Translations under genes and position numbers: made by a program
Shown: piece after piece, positions 1 through 37,119 of the stretch
Numbering within the stretch: position 1 is the stretch's first letter
Layout of the letters: each line of letters opens with the position of its first letter
Assembly: GCF_048593235.1 (NCBI RefSeq)
Contig: NC_133623.1
Span: 3,534,001 to 3,598,000 of the forward strand
DNA from: Sminthopsis crassicaudata
Lineage: Eukaryota
Direction: 5' to 3'
DNA: 64,000 nucleotides
Notes under the pieces: generated by a model
Told to the model about the DNA's origin: nothing
The model's database searches: none
Seen by the model: the letters and a program-made list of their open reading frames with translations, nothing else

Positions 1-221
1 AGGGCACAGGAGAGTGAGACTTTGGGCTGCCTTGTATGCTACGTTTGGTGTCTATTCCCAGGGCCCCCACCTCCCGCATCAGATGCTTTCTGAAGCTCGC
101 AGCCTCCCACGAGCCCTCAGGTCTCATTCCACAGGACCACGAACTTGCCACAGGCCCAGCTGCTCCCAAGCTTGCAAGAAAGGTCAGTGGAAGCATCCCT
201 ACCCTACACTCCACTCCACCC

Positions 222-227
222 TTTATT
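222..227 (-). terminator. CXorf65 polyadenylation signal AATAAA
   Basis: TTTATT on the plus strand, 8 nt downstream of the inferred TAA stop at 235-237. Confidence 0.6.
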
Positions 228-234
228 GATTAAC

Positions 235-2584
<2,350 letters not shown>

Positions 2585-3094
2585 GCTCTTTAGCCTGACT
2601 TTCCACCTGCCACAAGGGGCCGAAGGGCCATACAGAACCTCAAGTCTGCGGGACACGGGCAGGGGCAGGGAGCAGAATGTCAGGATCCAGATAGACACCA
2701 AAAACTGGCCAGGGGCAGAGGTGGGCTGGCTAGTGGAGGCCCTGGTGGTTAACCAGCAGGATCACGGGTGGGGCCCAGGGCTCCCAGTGATTATGACATC
2801 AGGCAGAGATGATGAGAGAGGAGATGTGTGCTCCTGTGCTCAGATTGAGAGGGGAGCAACTTTGGGTGGGGGCTGAGATCGAGGATGGCCGGGGCTGGCT
2901 CCCAGAACGGCCAGAAAAGGCTCCGAGAGAAGTGTCCCTTTGGACCCGCTCCCCTACCCCCTCCCATTAATCTTCACTGTCTGGGAGCACAACTTGTCCT
3001 CTGGTCTGGGCCTGGCCGCCGTTCTGCCCCCTCCCTCCATGTCCCCCTCCACCCACGTACACCACAAACATTCCTGTTTCTCATGAACTGAAAC

Positions 3095-3118
3095 TTTATT
3101 ATTATTATTTTTTTTATT
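3095..3118 (-). terminator. IL2RG polyadenylation signals (two AATAAA)
   Basis: TTTATT at 3095-3100 and 3113-3118, about 190-210 nt past the IL2RG stop. Confidence 0.6.
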
Positions 3119-3303
3119 GATCCAGGAATAGCAGGGAGGAGAGAGGTAGAACCCCAAGAGAAGAAAGAGCTGGGGGGGGATTCAGCACAGCCAGGACAGA
3201 GAGAGGGGGGAGCTCCCAAAGAGGGGATACGGCAGGGGGAGGGAAAGAGCATCGTCCCAGGCCAGAGCCTGGCTGGTGACCGCTGGGGTCCGTGAGTCCC
3301 GCC

Positions 3304-6182
3304 TCAGGGTTCGGGGTCCGGGCTGTAGCTTGGAGGAGGGGCCCAATAAGGGCTGTGCTGGCTGCAGGGGGAGCCCCCCGGCCCTTCGGCTTGGGCTCCT
3401 GCCTTCGGGGGGAGCTCGCTCACGTGACAGAGCCTCTCACTGTAGTCTGGCTGCAGACTTTCAGCCAGCCCCTTGGACACACCGCTCCAAGTCTAAGAGC
3501 AGAGAGCCACCAAGGTTGGAGGTCAGCTTGTGGAATGGGGAGGGGGTGAGGGGAGCAGAAAGAAGGTTCTCACAGCTGGTAAGAGGGAAGGGCGGGGAGC
3601 CGCCAGGTTATTCCAGCCCTCCCTCCCACACTCACTGGGCTCCTCCGGGCCCCCACCCCTTGTAGCTGGGCCACATTTGCCAGCTAGTGTGCCCCTCAGC
3701 ACACACATGTGCACACATATACAACACGCATGTACACACACAACACATGTACACACACAGTGGTTTTCTGTGCATGCTGTGTGCATGTTCTCACCGAGAA
3801 GTTCCCCTGGTGCGTGGTAAACAAATCATCTAGGCTCTTGAGGTTGGGGATTCGGGGCATCAGGATCACCCACACCCTGGGAGGGGACAGATGAGGGGCG
3901 GGAGCGTCAAGGTCCTGCTTCCAAGGGCCCCTTGGGCAACAAGCCCAGGTAGGACCTGTGCAATCGAGCCCCCCCCCCCAGGAGCCGGCCCAGTTGCCAG
4001 CTGTGCCCTCCTCCCCCCACCCCCTCCCTAAGTCTCACCGCTCCAGCCGCGTGAGCATGGTGATGAGAAAGATGAAGCCAGTCAGAAGGCCGAGGGGTAC
4101 CAGCACAGTCTCCAGCACGGGCAGGGAGGGCTGCTCTAAGGCACCCAAGGGAGGGAGCTCATGGGACGACTCCCATCGGGGGCCCCGAGCCCTCCCCCCC
4201 AGCTCCCCTCCATACCGTCCTCCCACACCAAGATGGGGATTTGTCAGAACAGCCCAGGCCAAGGTCGGATGATGTGGCAAAGGGAAGAGGACAGGGGTTA
4301 GGGAGTAGAGGGAGAGCTTTACCCCTTGGACTTCTGCCCCCCCAGAGGACCGTGGGGCTCCACTGACTCCACTGCTGGGCATTGCCACAGTAAGGGCTGA
4401 AGCGGCTTCGGACCCGGAACTTGTAAAGTTTGTGCTCATCTACGCTGGGCAAGCCGAACTGCTGCCTCTGGTGTACAGATTGTTCCTGAGGGGAGGAAGA
4501 GGCCAGAGAAATGAGGGCACAAAGGAGAGGAGCGCCAAGGGGAGGATGCCCCCTAGTGAGTGGCCCCTTCCTCAGCTCCCTCTCTCTGCACCCAGTCTAT
4601 TGTGATAGGCTCCCAGAACAGGAAATTGAGAGCCGCAGTCGAGGAGCTCCGAGTGGGGTGTCTGGGCCGGCCCTGTGGTCTTCCTGACAGGGAAACGGAA
4701 GGGCAGAGAAGGGAAGGGGCTCCCTCGAATCTGGAGGACAAGGATCGGAAGGCAGGCCCTCCGCCTCCAGAATTGGCGCTCCTTCCCACGGGCTGTGCCG
4801 CCTCCCTCTCTCTCTTAGGAAGCCTCAGGCCTGTGGGTGCCGGGGTCCCTGCTTTCCTTTCCTTGCTCCCCTCTCCGTCCGGGGTCTGGTGACGCTGTCC
4901 AGATGACTTTGTCCCAGGTTAACCCCTAGCTGTGGTTCTAGGCCATCCGAGGCCCAACCTCCCACGTTAGGAGGCATGGCGTGGGGCCCGAGAGCAGACG
5001 GAAGAAGAGCTGGAAGCCAGGGAGAGGCGCCGGTCTCCGGGGGCAGAGCTCCATAGAACGGGCTCAGTGGCCATCCTCACAGCCCCCCTCCCACCAACCC
5101 CTGTACTCACCATCCAGTCGGAGTCAAGGTTACTCCTATATTGTACCAGGTGCTGCAGGCATGTAGCCTTGTAACTGCTGGTCCAGTGGAGCTCCAGCTG
5201 TGAGTCGTTCTCACTGTACACTGTCAAGTTGTCAGGAGCCCAAGGGATCACTGGAGGAAGGGCATGTGGATGAGATCGAGTTACCCTCCTATTCCCCTAG
5301 TGACCTTGTCCCTCCTTCTCTCTGGCCCTGATCCCTTGTGTGCCGCTTTCTCTTCCCCTCACCAGTTCCTAGAGCATTATAGGAAAAAAGAAATTCTCCC
5401 CCTCCCCCAAGGCTCCTTCCAAAGCCCCTCTCCCCTGCCCTCATACCCAGATCCTGAAGTTTCATTTCCTGCTTGGAATGTCTACCGGGAGCCCGGAGTT
5501 CCACGTTGAAGTTGTCATAGATATTAATATCCTCACTGCCAAACCAACAGCCCGAAGTGAGGGCCCCGGTAAACAAGTAGTGGCTACACTCCTTGGGTGG
5601 ATCCCTGTACCTGAGGGAAACCAAGAGCGAGGCTCAGGCCTTCAGAACCCCCGCGGCCCAATTGGACTCTTCCGGGCAAACCGCTCACCAGCGTCACCGT
5701 TTCCCACGAGGCCCCGGTCTCCCGGATCATCCTCTTCTCCCCCCCTCCCCCTCTCGTCCCCGGCGCCCTTCATACCAGTAGTAGAGGGTCAGGTTGGTAG
5801 ATTGGGGTCCAGAGCTCCTCTCCCAGGTACAGTTCATAAATTCCACATTGAAGACCCAGCACTCTACCTTGGGGAGGGGGCGAGGGAGGGCTGTGGACAT
5901 CAGGAAGAATCAAGGTTGGAATCGAACAGGGGAAACCCAAGCAACCGCCGGAGTGGGAGAGCGTCTGAGGAAAGGGGCACCTTTCTGCCCATCTTGCCCC
6001 CCCATCCCCCGGAAGCTGGCAGGCCCATCAGTTGGGGTACCTAGCTGTGATCCCCTCCCTTCTCTGTCTTCTACCTTGTCCAGGTCCCAGCCCTCCTCAC
6101 CGGTCAGAGCGTCCTGGCTCCTCTGGGGAGCGGGGGTGCCCAAGCCCACGGCCACCCCCTGCAGTACCAGTAACAGCAGCAT
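3304..6182 (-). CDS. IL2RG: Interleukin-2 receptor common gamma chain (~343 aa), 8 exons
   Basis: Exons (minus): 6182-6101 signal peptide [15 protein letters not shown], 5890-5776 ([15 protein letters not shown]), 5610-5447 (KECSHYLF...SGC), 5250-5111 ([10 protein letters not shown]), 4485-4323 (FRVRSRF...WSQWS motif), 4135-4039 (TM segment), 3876-3795 (MPRIPNLK), 3492-3304 ([22 protein letters not shown]...YWAPP...*). Sum 1032 nt, in frame. Four conserved class I cytokine receptor Cys and the WSxWS motif are present. An in-frame upstream ATG at 6230 would add 16 aa. Confidence 0.96.
3700..3790. repeat. Imperfect (CA)n/(TG)n microsatellite in IL2RG intron 7
   Basis: acacacatgtgcacacatatacaacacgcatgtacacacacaacacatgtacacacacag. 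Confidence 0.7.
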
Positions 6183-6269
6183 TCTGGGGCTGCCTGACTG
6201 TTTTGACTGAAATCTCAACTTCACTTTCATTCTCTCTTCATCAGAAGCTCAGGGCCCCTCACCACCCAC

Positions 6270-6297
6270 CCACTTCCTCCTATTACAGCTTCCGGTG
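6270..6297 (-). promoter_or_regulatory. IL2RG proximal promoter ETS sites
   Basis: Minus strand CCGGAAGC (6295-6288) and AGGAAGT (6278-6272) lie ~90-110 nt upstream of the ATG, with no TATA box. This matches the known ETS (GABP/Elf-1)-dependent TATA-less IL2RG promoter. Confidence 0.7.
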
Positions 6298-6570
6298 GAA
6301 ATAACCTGCGGGCCCGGCTTACCTCTACCATAGGACCCTGCCGAAGGACCCAGCGTTGGAAAACTGTGTCACATAAACCTTCCCCCAGAACAGTAGGAGG
6401 GGAGGAGGTGGCCGGGCAATGCTATCAAGAGAGGCCAGAATTGCTTTGGGAGTCAGGGACCCAGTGCTGTCTCTGGCTGGATTGTGGAAAAATGGACCCC
6501 CGACCCCATAGAGGCAAAGGCTGGTGGAAGCCAGCACCCTGAAACCTGCTCTTTGCCTTCCACAGCAACG

Positions 6571-6726
6571 TGGGTGCCCGGATCTCCCCTGTTCCTTGGG
6601 TGCCCGGATCTCCCCTGTTCCTTGGGTGCCCGGATCTCCCCTGTTCCTTGGGTGCCCGGTTCTCCCCTGTTCCTTGGGTCCCTGGATCTCCCCTGTTCCT
6701 TGGGTGCCCGGATCTCCCCTGTTCCT
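6571..6726. repeat. 26-bp minisatellite, 6 copies
   Basis: Unit TGGGTGCCCGGATCTCCCCTGTTCCT at 6571, 6597, 6623, 6649, 6675 and 6701, with few substitutions. Confidence 0.95.
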
Positions 6727-6750
6727 TTTAGGCCACTAAGCCACTTCTGG

Positions 6751-6827
6751 CTCCATCCCTCCACCGTCTGTCCCTCCACTCCCCCTCCATCCCTCCACCG
6801 TCTGTCCCTCCACTCCCCCTCCATCCC
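6751..6827. repeat. 34-bp tandem duplication
   Basis: CTCCATCCCTCCACCGTCTGTCCCTCCACTCCCC x2 plus a partial copy. Confidence 0.85.
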
Positions 6828-7252
6828 AGAATCTGATTAACTTTCGTGGTCCTTATCTAGTCCCGCCTCCCTGAGATTTAGACACTTCTATTGCCATCAG
6901 ATCGGTGTCGGAGGTGGTACTCAAGCCCCCAGCTTCGGAAGCCGAGGCCTTTGGCGGTGCCTCTCTGCTGGCTACGATCTCGTCTGGGGCCTCTGCTGCT
7001 CAGGAACCCTCGCTATCCACCTGCCAGTGACTTCCTCCCCATTTCCCCATTAGCTGGCTTTCCCCAAGTCAATGCCTTCTCCCCTTTCTGCAGCTTTCCG
7101 GGGAGCACTGTCCCTGAAATGTTTTCCCTCTTGGGTCCCTCCTAGTTTCTCCAGCTTCCTTCAAGACAACTCAAATTCCACCTTCTGCAGGAGGCTATTT
7201 CCAGTCTTCCAGCCCCTTCTGAGATTGCCTCTATCTCTTGCTTAGGGGAAAT

Positions 7253-7500
7253 GAGGTTGGCACAGTGGATAGAGTGCTGGGCCTGGAGTTAGGAGTTCAA
7301 ATCCAACCTCAGACACTTTGGAGCTGTGTGACCCTCCCCCCTGCAAGTCACTTCTTCTGCCTCAGTTTCCTCATCTTTAACGTGGAAATTATAATAGCAC
7401 TTACTTCCTAGGATTGTTGTGAGGATCAACTGAATAATAATTGTAAAGGGCTTAGCAGATGCTAGACACATAGAAAGTGCTATATAAATGGGAGGTATTA
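7253..7500 (+). mobile_element. CORE-SINE (MIR/MAR1-like)
   Basis: tRNA-derived head (CAGTGGATAGAGTGCTGG...GTTCAAATCC) followed by the core CTCAGTTTCCTCATCT. Confidence 0.75.
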
Positions 7501-7589
7501 TTAGGTATGATTTTTTTTTGCATGCTGTCCCCCCGATTAGTAATGTGAGCTCCTTGACAGCAGGGACCATATTTTTTTCTATTTTATTT

Positions 7590-7749
7590 TTATTCATTTA
7601 TTTATTTATTTTGCTGAGGTGATTGGGGTTAAGTGACTTGTCCAGGGTCACACAGACAGGAAGTATTAAGTGTCTGAGGCCAGATTTGAACTCAAGTCCT
7701 CCTGACTTCAGGGCTGGTGCTCTATCCACTGTGCCACCTAGCTACCTCA
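7590..7749 (-). mobile_element. Marsupial short SINE (WSINE1-like) with A-rich tail
   Basis: The reverse complement reads GCTAGGTGGCACAGTGGATAGAGCACCAGCCCTGAAGTCAGGAGGACTTGAGTTCAAATCTGGCCTCAGACACTT...GTCACTTAACCCCAAT followed by an (AAAT)n tail. Confidence 0.85.
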
Positions 7750-7829
7750 GGGCCATATGTTAAAACTTTTTTTTGGGGGGGGGAGGGATGAGTCTGTGCT
7801 AGGCACAGAATAAGCACTCAGAAATTCAT

Positions 7830-8205
7830 TTTTACAGATGAAGCCTGTGGCCTCTGGCCTAAGCACCAGTGAAAGTAAGTGACTTAGCCAAAGCCACAAT
7901 GGTTACTGAGATTCAAATTCAGGTCCTTTGACTCCAATTGCAGTGCTTTCTCCTGTTGTTTTTCAGTCATTTTGGTCCTGTCTGACTTTTTAATGACCCC
8001 ATTTGGGGTCTTCTCAGCAAAGATCCTAGAGCAGTTTACCATTCCCTTCTCCAGCTCATTGGACAGATGAGGAAACTGAGGCAGACAGGGTGAAGTGACT
8101 TGCTCAGGGTCACACAAGTAGGAAGTATCTGAGGTCAAATTTGAACTTAGGCCTTTCTGACTCCAGGCCTGCCAGCACTCCATCCACTGCAGTGCCACTT
8201 AGCCT
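7830..8205 (-). mobile_element. Two adjacent CORE-SINE remnants (MIR/MAR1-like)
   Basis: GATGAGGAAACTGAGGC...AAGTGACTTGCTCAGGGTCACACA...ATTTGAACT is the antisense core signature. Confidence 0.7.
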
Positions 8206-8209
8206 CTCA

Positions 8210-8800
8210 TACTATATATTGCATAGAAATGCTCAGTTGATTTTTAATCGCGTCCTACTAAACGAAAAAGAAAATAAAATGCAAGCAAACAACACAGAGA
8301 GAATGAAAATGCTATGCTGTGAACCACACTCACTCCCCACAGTCCTCTCTCTGGTGCAAATGGCTCTCTCCTATCACAAGATCATTGGAACTGGTTTGAA
8401 TCATCTCCATGTTGAAGAGAGCGAGGCCCTTCAGAATTGATCATCGGATAGTCTTGTTGTTGCCGTGTACAATGATCTCCTGGTCCTGCTCCCTTCCCTC
8501 AGCCTCAGTTCCTGTCAGTCTCTCCAGGCCTCTCTGAAATCCTCCCGCTGGTCATTTCTCACAGAACAATAATATCCCATCACATTCATATACCACAATT
8601 TATTCAGCCATTCCCCAACTGATGGGCGTCCACTCAGGTCAACATTCATTTTTTGTAAGATTTTGTGTCCCAAATTTTCCTCTTTCCTTCCCTTCCTTCC
8701 TCCCTCCCCAAGACAGCGAGCAATCTGATCCACGTTCAATGTGTGCAATCCTTTTAAACACATTTCCATATTATATATTCCAAACAAATCACATCTTCTT
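8210..8800 (-). mobile_element. LINE-1 fragments (ORF2 C-terminus and 3' UTR)
   Basis: Minus-strand translation RPSVGEWLNKLWYMNVMGYYCSVRNDQREDFREAWRD is the L1 ORF2 C-terminal signature (CPSxxEWxxKLWYxxTMEYY). Confidence 0.85.
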
Positions 8801-9206
8801 TTTTCCCAAGCAACCTTGCTTCCACATTGTTCTTAGGGTAGAGCTAACCCTCCCTACCACATAACTCCTTTTCAGTTTCCATTTCTGGTCTATTGAGTGC
8901 CAATAGGGATCTCCTGGGACTTTTAGAGAAAGGAGTGATCCCTCAAGCTTCCTCTCCCTCCCTTAGTGGTGTTGGTGGACTGTTACTGGAATTCCAGTTT
9001 CCATAAGTTCAAGTGTCATTCCTGCTCAGCTAAGTCCCCAATTCAGCTCACTCCAGTTCCCTTTTGCTCCCTCTCGATCCATTTCTTCATGACCAGAATG
9101 CCTGCTGGACTTTTGAGTCTCTTTCCCTCCTGCCTTGCCTTCCTCCATCAGTTATCCAAGAGGCTTATGGTTTCTTACATTTTTCCTCTTCTTTCCATTC
9201 ATATAA

Positions 9207-9279
9207 GGGGCAGCTAGGGGGCGCAGTGGAGAGAGCATCAATCTTGAATTCAGGAGAACTCGAGTTCAAATCTGGTTTC
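9207..9279 (+). mobile_element. WSINE1-like SINE head running into an N gap
   Basis: GGGGCAGCTAGGGGGCGCAGTGGAGAGAGCA...TTCAGGAGAACTCGAGTTCAAATCTGG. Confidence 0.8.
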
Positions 9280-9429
9280 NNNNNNNNNNNNNNNNNNNNN
9301 NNNNNNNNNNNNNNNNNNNNNNNNNNNNNNNNNNNNNNNNNNNNNNNNNNNNNNNNNNNNNNNNNNNNNNNNNNNNNNNNNNNNNNNNNNNNNNNNNNNN
9401 NNNNNNNNNNNNNNNNNNNNNNNNTCATT

Positions 9430-9950
9430 CCTGGATTGTTGGAATAGTCTCCAAAGTGGTCTCCCTGTTTGCGTTCTCCACCCTGGCCAATCTCTTCTCC
9501 ACAGCACTGCCAAGAGAGTCTTCTTACAGATCTGACCATTTTCTTTCCCTACTCAGAAACGTTCAGGAGCTAACCTTCGCTTGCTGAATGAAGCAATTCT
9601 TTACCCAGAATTCATGGCTAAATTCACAATGTGGCTCCCACCTACTTTCCTCACTACCCTTGCTGTATTCCAGATTCAACCTGCTCCTGACTGTTCACAA
9701 ACTATCCCCCCAGTTCTTGGGACTCCCACATCCCTTACCCCCTATTTCCCATCTACATTTATAAATGAGTGAGTGAATGAAAAAAGTACTGTGTAAGTAC
9801 TTTTACTTATAGTACAGCACCTACTGTGCGCCAGGTACTGTGCTAAGTGCCAAAGAGACAGCCCTCCAGGCATTTACATTGTAATGGGAAGGGGACACCA
9901 CAGATACAGGAGTGATGGCCAGGACGTGTTTGGTCTGGGCGATTCCAAGG
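9430..9950. mobile_element. LINE-2 3' remnants (sense copy ending in an AATGAGTGAGTGAATGAA tail, then an antisense 3' end)
   Basis: TTCTCCACAGCACTGCC...CCTACTCAGAAAC pattern, GAATGAA tail, then GCACCTACTGTGCGCCAGGTACTGTGCTAAG. Confidence 0.6.
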
Positions 9951-9999
9951 GTAGTGAATGAGATCACAAATCAATCGATTGACATGCCCTTCCCAGAAA

Positions 10000-11750
10000 T
10001 GCCTTCCCCAAATTTTTAAAATTTGTTTATCATTTCTTTACTTTGAACATTTTTTTCCCCTGAATTCCAAATTCTTTCCCTCCCTCCTGTCCCTCCCCAT
10101 CCATCTCAAAGACAAAAAATGTGAGGTCAATTACACGTGTGAAATCATGCAAAACCTATTTCTAGATTGGCCATGTTGCAAAAAAAAAAAAAAAAAGTAG
10201 AAAAATATGCTTGTCACCACTCAGAGTTCAATAGTTCTCTTTCCGGAAGTGGGAAGCATTTTCCACTATGTATCCTTTGGAATCGTCTTGCATCATTGTC
10301 TCGATCATCAGCTAAGTCATTCACAGTTGGATTATTACTATGGTGCCATTACTGTGTACAATGTTTCCCTGGCTCTGCTTGCCTAACTGTATCAATTCAT
10401 ATAAATGTTCCCATGTTTTCCTGAAGCCATCCTACTCATTTCTTTTTTTTCCCCCTTATTTATTTTTATTTTTATTTTTTTAAATAGTTTTTATTTGCCA
10501 GATATGTGCATGGGTAATTTTACAATATTGACAATGGCCAAAACTTTTGTTCTAATTTTTCCCCTCCTCCCCACCCCCCCATGGCAAGTTGAACAATACA
10601 TGTTCAATATGCTAGAGTATAAATTAAATACAATATATGTATACATGTCCAAACAGTTGTTTTGCTGTACAAAGAGAATCGGACTTTGAAACAGTGTACC
10701 ATTAGCCTGTGAAGGAAATCCAAAATGCAGGCGGACAAAATTCTTTCTTTCTTTCTTTCTTTTTTTTTTTTTTTATAGTAGTCCCATACACGTTAAATAT
10801 GTTCAAGTATGTGTTAAATCCAATATATGTATACATATTTATACAGTTGTCTTGCTACACAAAAAAATCGGATTTAAAAAGAAGGTAAAAATAACCTGGG
10901 AAGAAAACAAAAATGCAAGCAAACAAGAATAGAAAGCTACTCATCATTTCTTGTAGCAAAATAGTATCTCTTCAAAATCATATACCACGACCTGTTGAAT
11001 TATTCCCCAATTAATGGGCAGTTCCTCAGTTTCCAATTCTTGGCCACCACTGAAAGAGTCGCTATAAATATTTTTGAATTGATGGGTCCTTATCCCCCGT
11101 TTTGATCTCTTTGGGATATAGACCTAGTAGTAATATTAGGAGGGCTGAGATTATGCACAATTTTATAGCGCTTTGGGTATGGTTACAAATTGTTCTCCAG
11201 AAANNNNNNNNNNNNNNNNNNNNNNNNNNNNNNNNNNNNNNNNNNNNNNNNNNNNNNNNNNNNNNNNNNNNNNNNNNNNNNNNNNNNNNNNNNNNNNNNN
11301 NNNNNNNNNNNNNNNNNNNNNNNNNNNNNNNNNNNNNNNNNNNNNNNNNNNNNNNNNNNNNNNNNNNNNNNNNNNNNNNNNNNNNNNNNNNNNNNNNNNN
11401 NNNNNNNNNNNNNNNNNNNNNNNNNNNNNNNNNNNNNNNNNNNNNNNNNNNNNNNNNNNNNNNNNNNNNNNNNNNNNNNNNNNNNNNNNNNNNNNNNNNN
11501 NNNNNNNNNNNNNNNNNNNNNNNNNNNNNNNNNNNNNNNNNNNNNNNNNNNNNNNNNNNNNNNNNNNNNNNNNNNNNNNNNNNNNNNNNNNNNNNNNNNN
11601 NNNNNNNNNNNNNNNNNNNNNNNNNNNNNNNNNNNNNNNNNNNTCACTTTCTTTTATGTCGCGTTTTTTATTGTTGAGTCTTTTCAATTGCATCGGACTC
11701 ATCTCTAGCCCTTTGGGGATTTTCCTGCCGAAGATAGTGGAGTGATTTGA
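10000..11750 (-). mobile_element. Cluster of marsupial LINE-1 3' fragments (includes N gap 11204-11643)
   Basis: AT-rich, with poly-T heads on the plus strand and motifs such as TTTATTTGCCAGATATGTGCATGGGTAATTTTACAATATTGACAA and CAGTTCCTCAGTTTCCAATTCTTGGCCACCAC typical of marsupial L1 3' regions. Confidence 0.7.
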
Positions 11751-13039
11751 ATTTCTTTTTTCCAGCTCAGTTCACAGACGAGGAAACTGAGTCAAACGGG
11801 GTAAAGCGCAGCCAGCTAGAGAGTGTCTGAGACCAGATCTTCTTGACTCTGGCCCAACCGCAGCGCCACCTAGCCACCCCGAATGCCCTATAAATGTTAG
11901 CTATTGTTAGGAGTTTCAGTCAGCCTGCCTCTTCCCCGTTCCCCTTCCCCCTCCCTCCCCCCCCCCCCCCCCGGCCCAGTCCATTTATAATTAGCGTCCA
12001 AGTGTGTTCAAATAAACCTCCCCACCCAGCTTGTTCCAAACGGGCCCCCTGGTCTCCACTCCCAGTAGCTCCACGCTGCCACGGCCTTGCTTAACAAGGC
12101 TGCAAGAGTTCTTCCAGGCTCTGCTCGCTCCCGGCTCGGAGCCGGCAGAGTCATTTTCAGGCCCAAAGCCTGGGTTTAAGCAAATCTCATCCTTTCTCCC
12201 CGAGCTCTGCGGGTAGGTCTCTATCGCCTCTAGGAAAGAAACAAAAGCCAAACGGTGGCCGCTCGGCCGCCTTTGAAAGCCTTTCCCTTGCCTTGGGAGG
12301 CTTTAACTTAAGCAGGGAGCTCCTCGAGGGCAAACGCTGCTTTCGCCCTTCTTTGTCTCTTTCTCTGCGCTTCACACCCTGCTGGGCACCGAGAGGTGCT
12401 GCCCGCCGCTCGCCCACCGAGCCGCCAGCAGATTGTTTCCCCGCCTCCCGCCTCCCTTTTTAGACAAAAGTCCGGTCCCCAGCGCTGGCCTTTGAACAGG
12501 AAGCCTGGCTCGCTTGCCTCGGCTCACACAGGACGTTCTTTTGATTTATTTAAGTTGTTTTGGACGGATTTTATTTTCACACGGGATCCATTCGCCTCCT
12601 GGGCGACTGGAGGGAGCCAAGGAGATAATAATATACGTGAAGTGCAGATGCTTGCTCCATCATTTCCCCGCCCCCCAGCCCCACGTCCTTTCTCCCTCCC
12701 TCCTAAAGGATCTGTGAACAAAATAGAGAAGGTGGGGGTGGGGGTGGAGAGGGACTCGGGGGAAGGGTCGGGGGGCAGAGGGACCCTTGAGCTAAACTAC
12801 CCGACAGATTGAAAACCTCGCCTTTTCCAGACAATCGGGACGGACCTCCTGTGGCCTGCCCCCTGCCCCCCGTGCTCCGAAGGCATTCCCTTTCCCTTTT
12901 GGTCTTTCACAATCAACCTTTAAGCCCCTTCCGAACTCAAACCCGAGGCCGGCGGCGGCTTGAGTGCCTCTGTCCGGCCGCAGTTCCTGTTCTATATAGC
13001 GCTTTTCATGCGCCAGGCATTTTACAAGAGGCACTGGGT

Positions 13040-13195
13040 CCTCACAACCACCTCGGGAGGGGAGAGGCTGTTATTATTATTCCCATTTTACAGCTGAGGA
13101 AACTGAGGGAGGCAGAGGTCGAGATGACGTGCCTAAGGTCACCCAGCCTGGGGAAGTGGTGGAAGCTGGACTGGAAGGCAGGTGTCCCTGACTCT
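13040..13195 (-). mobile_element. MIR remnant
   Basis: ATTATTCCCATTTTACAGCTGAGGAAACTGAGG...AAGGTCACCCAGC. Confidence 0.7.
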
Positions 13196-13699
13196 TTACT
13201 TTGTATCGCCATCGATACTTTCTGTAAACTTTGCAGCTAGTTTGTATCGATTTGTATCTGAGGATATCGGCTGCAGGAGCGCTGCTCCGGAGCTCGGGTG
13301 GGCTCCCCCGCCCCCAGGGGGGCTGGATTCCCAGAGCATTTAGTACGCCACTCAGCATCGTATTTAGTACGCTTCGGAACTGCTGGAGCGATCCATGGGT
13401 TCTTTGACCTTCCTAGCTAGACCGGAGTCCTCCGTCCGGGAACTTCGGTCACTCCCTCCCGCTTCAACCATTTTCTAACTTGCCTCCCTTATGCTTCTCT
13501 TACTAAATCATAAACTCCCTGAGGGCCGGAACTGTGTATTGCTCCGTTTGGTAAATCGAACTAGGAAGGCACGCGGACGGGGGAGGGATGGGGAGGAATG
13601 GGGGGGCACTTGGAGCCCGGAGCAGGAACTTGCTAAAGGCTCCCCGAATGGAAAGTAGAAAAGAGCATGCGTAAAATGAGGCGGTGCCCTTAGTGACCT

Positions 13700-37068
<23,369 letters not shown>

Positions 37069-37119
37069 GCCGCCCGAAGAGCTGCCCCTGGAGCTGACCA
37101 CCCCGCCTCGGCCCCTTCC

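Noticed and set aside
5920-5964. Alternative IL2RG exon-2 acceptor (TTTCCTCAG at ~5965)
   Set aside because: Use in phase 1 leads to an in-frame TGA before the conserved Cys region.
7253-9279. tRNA genes
   Set aside because: The A/B-box-like motifs belong to tRNA-derived SINE heads and do not form a cloverleaf.
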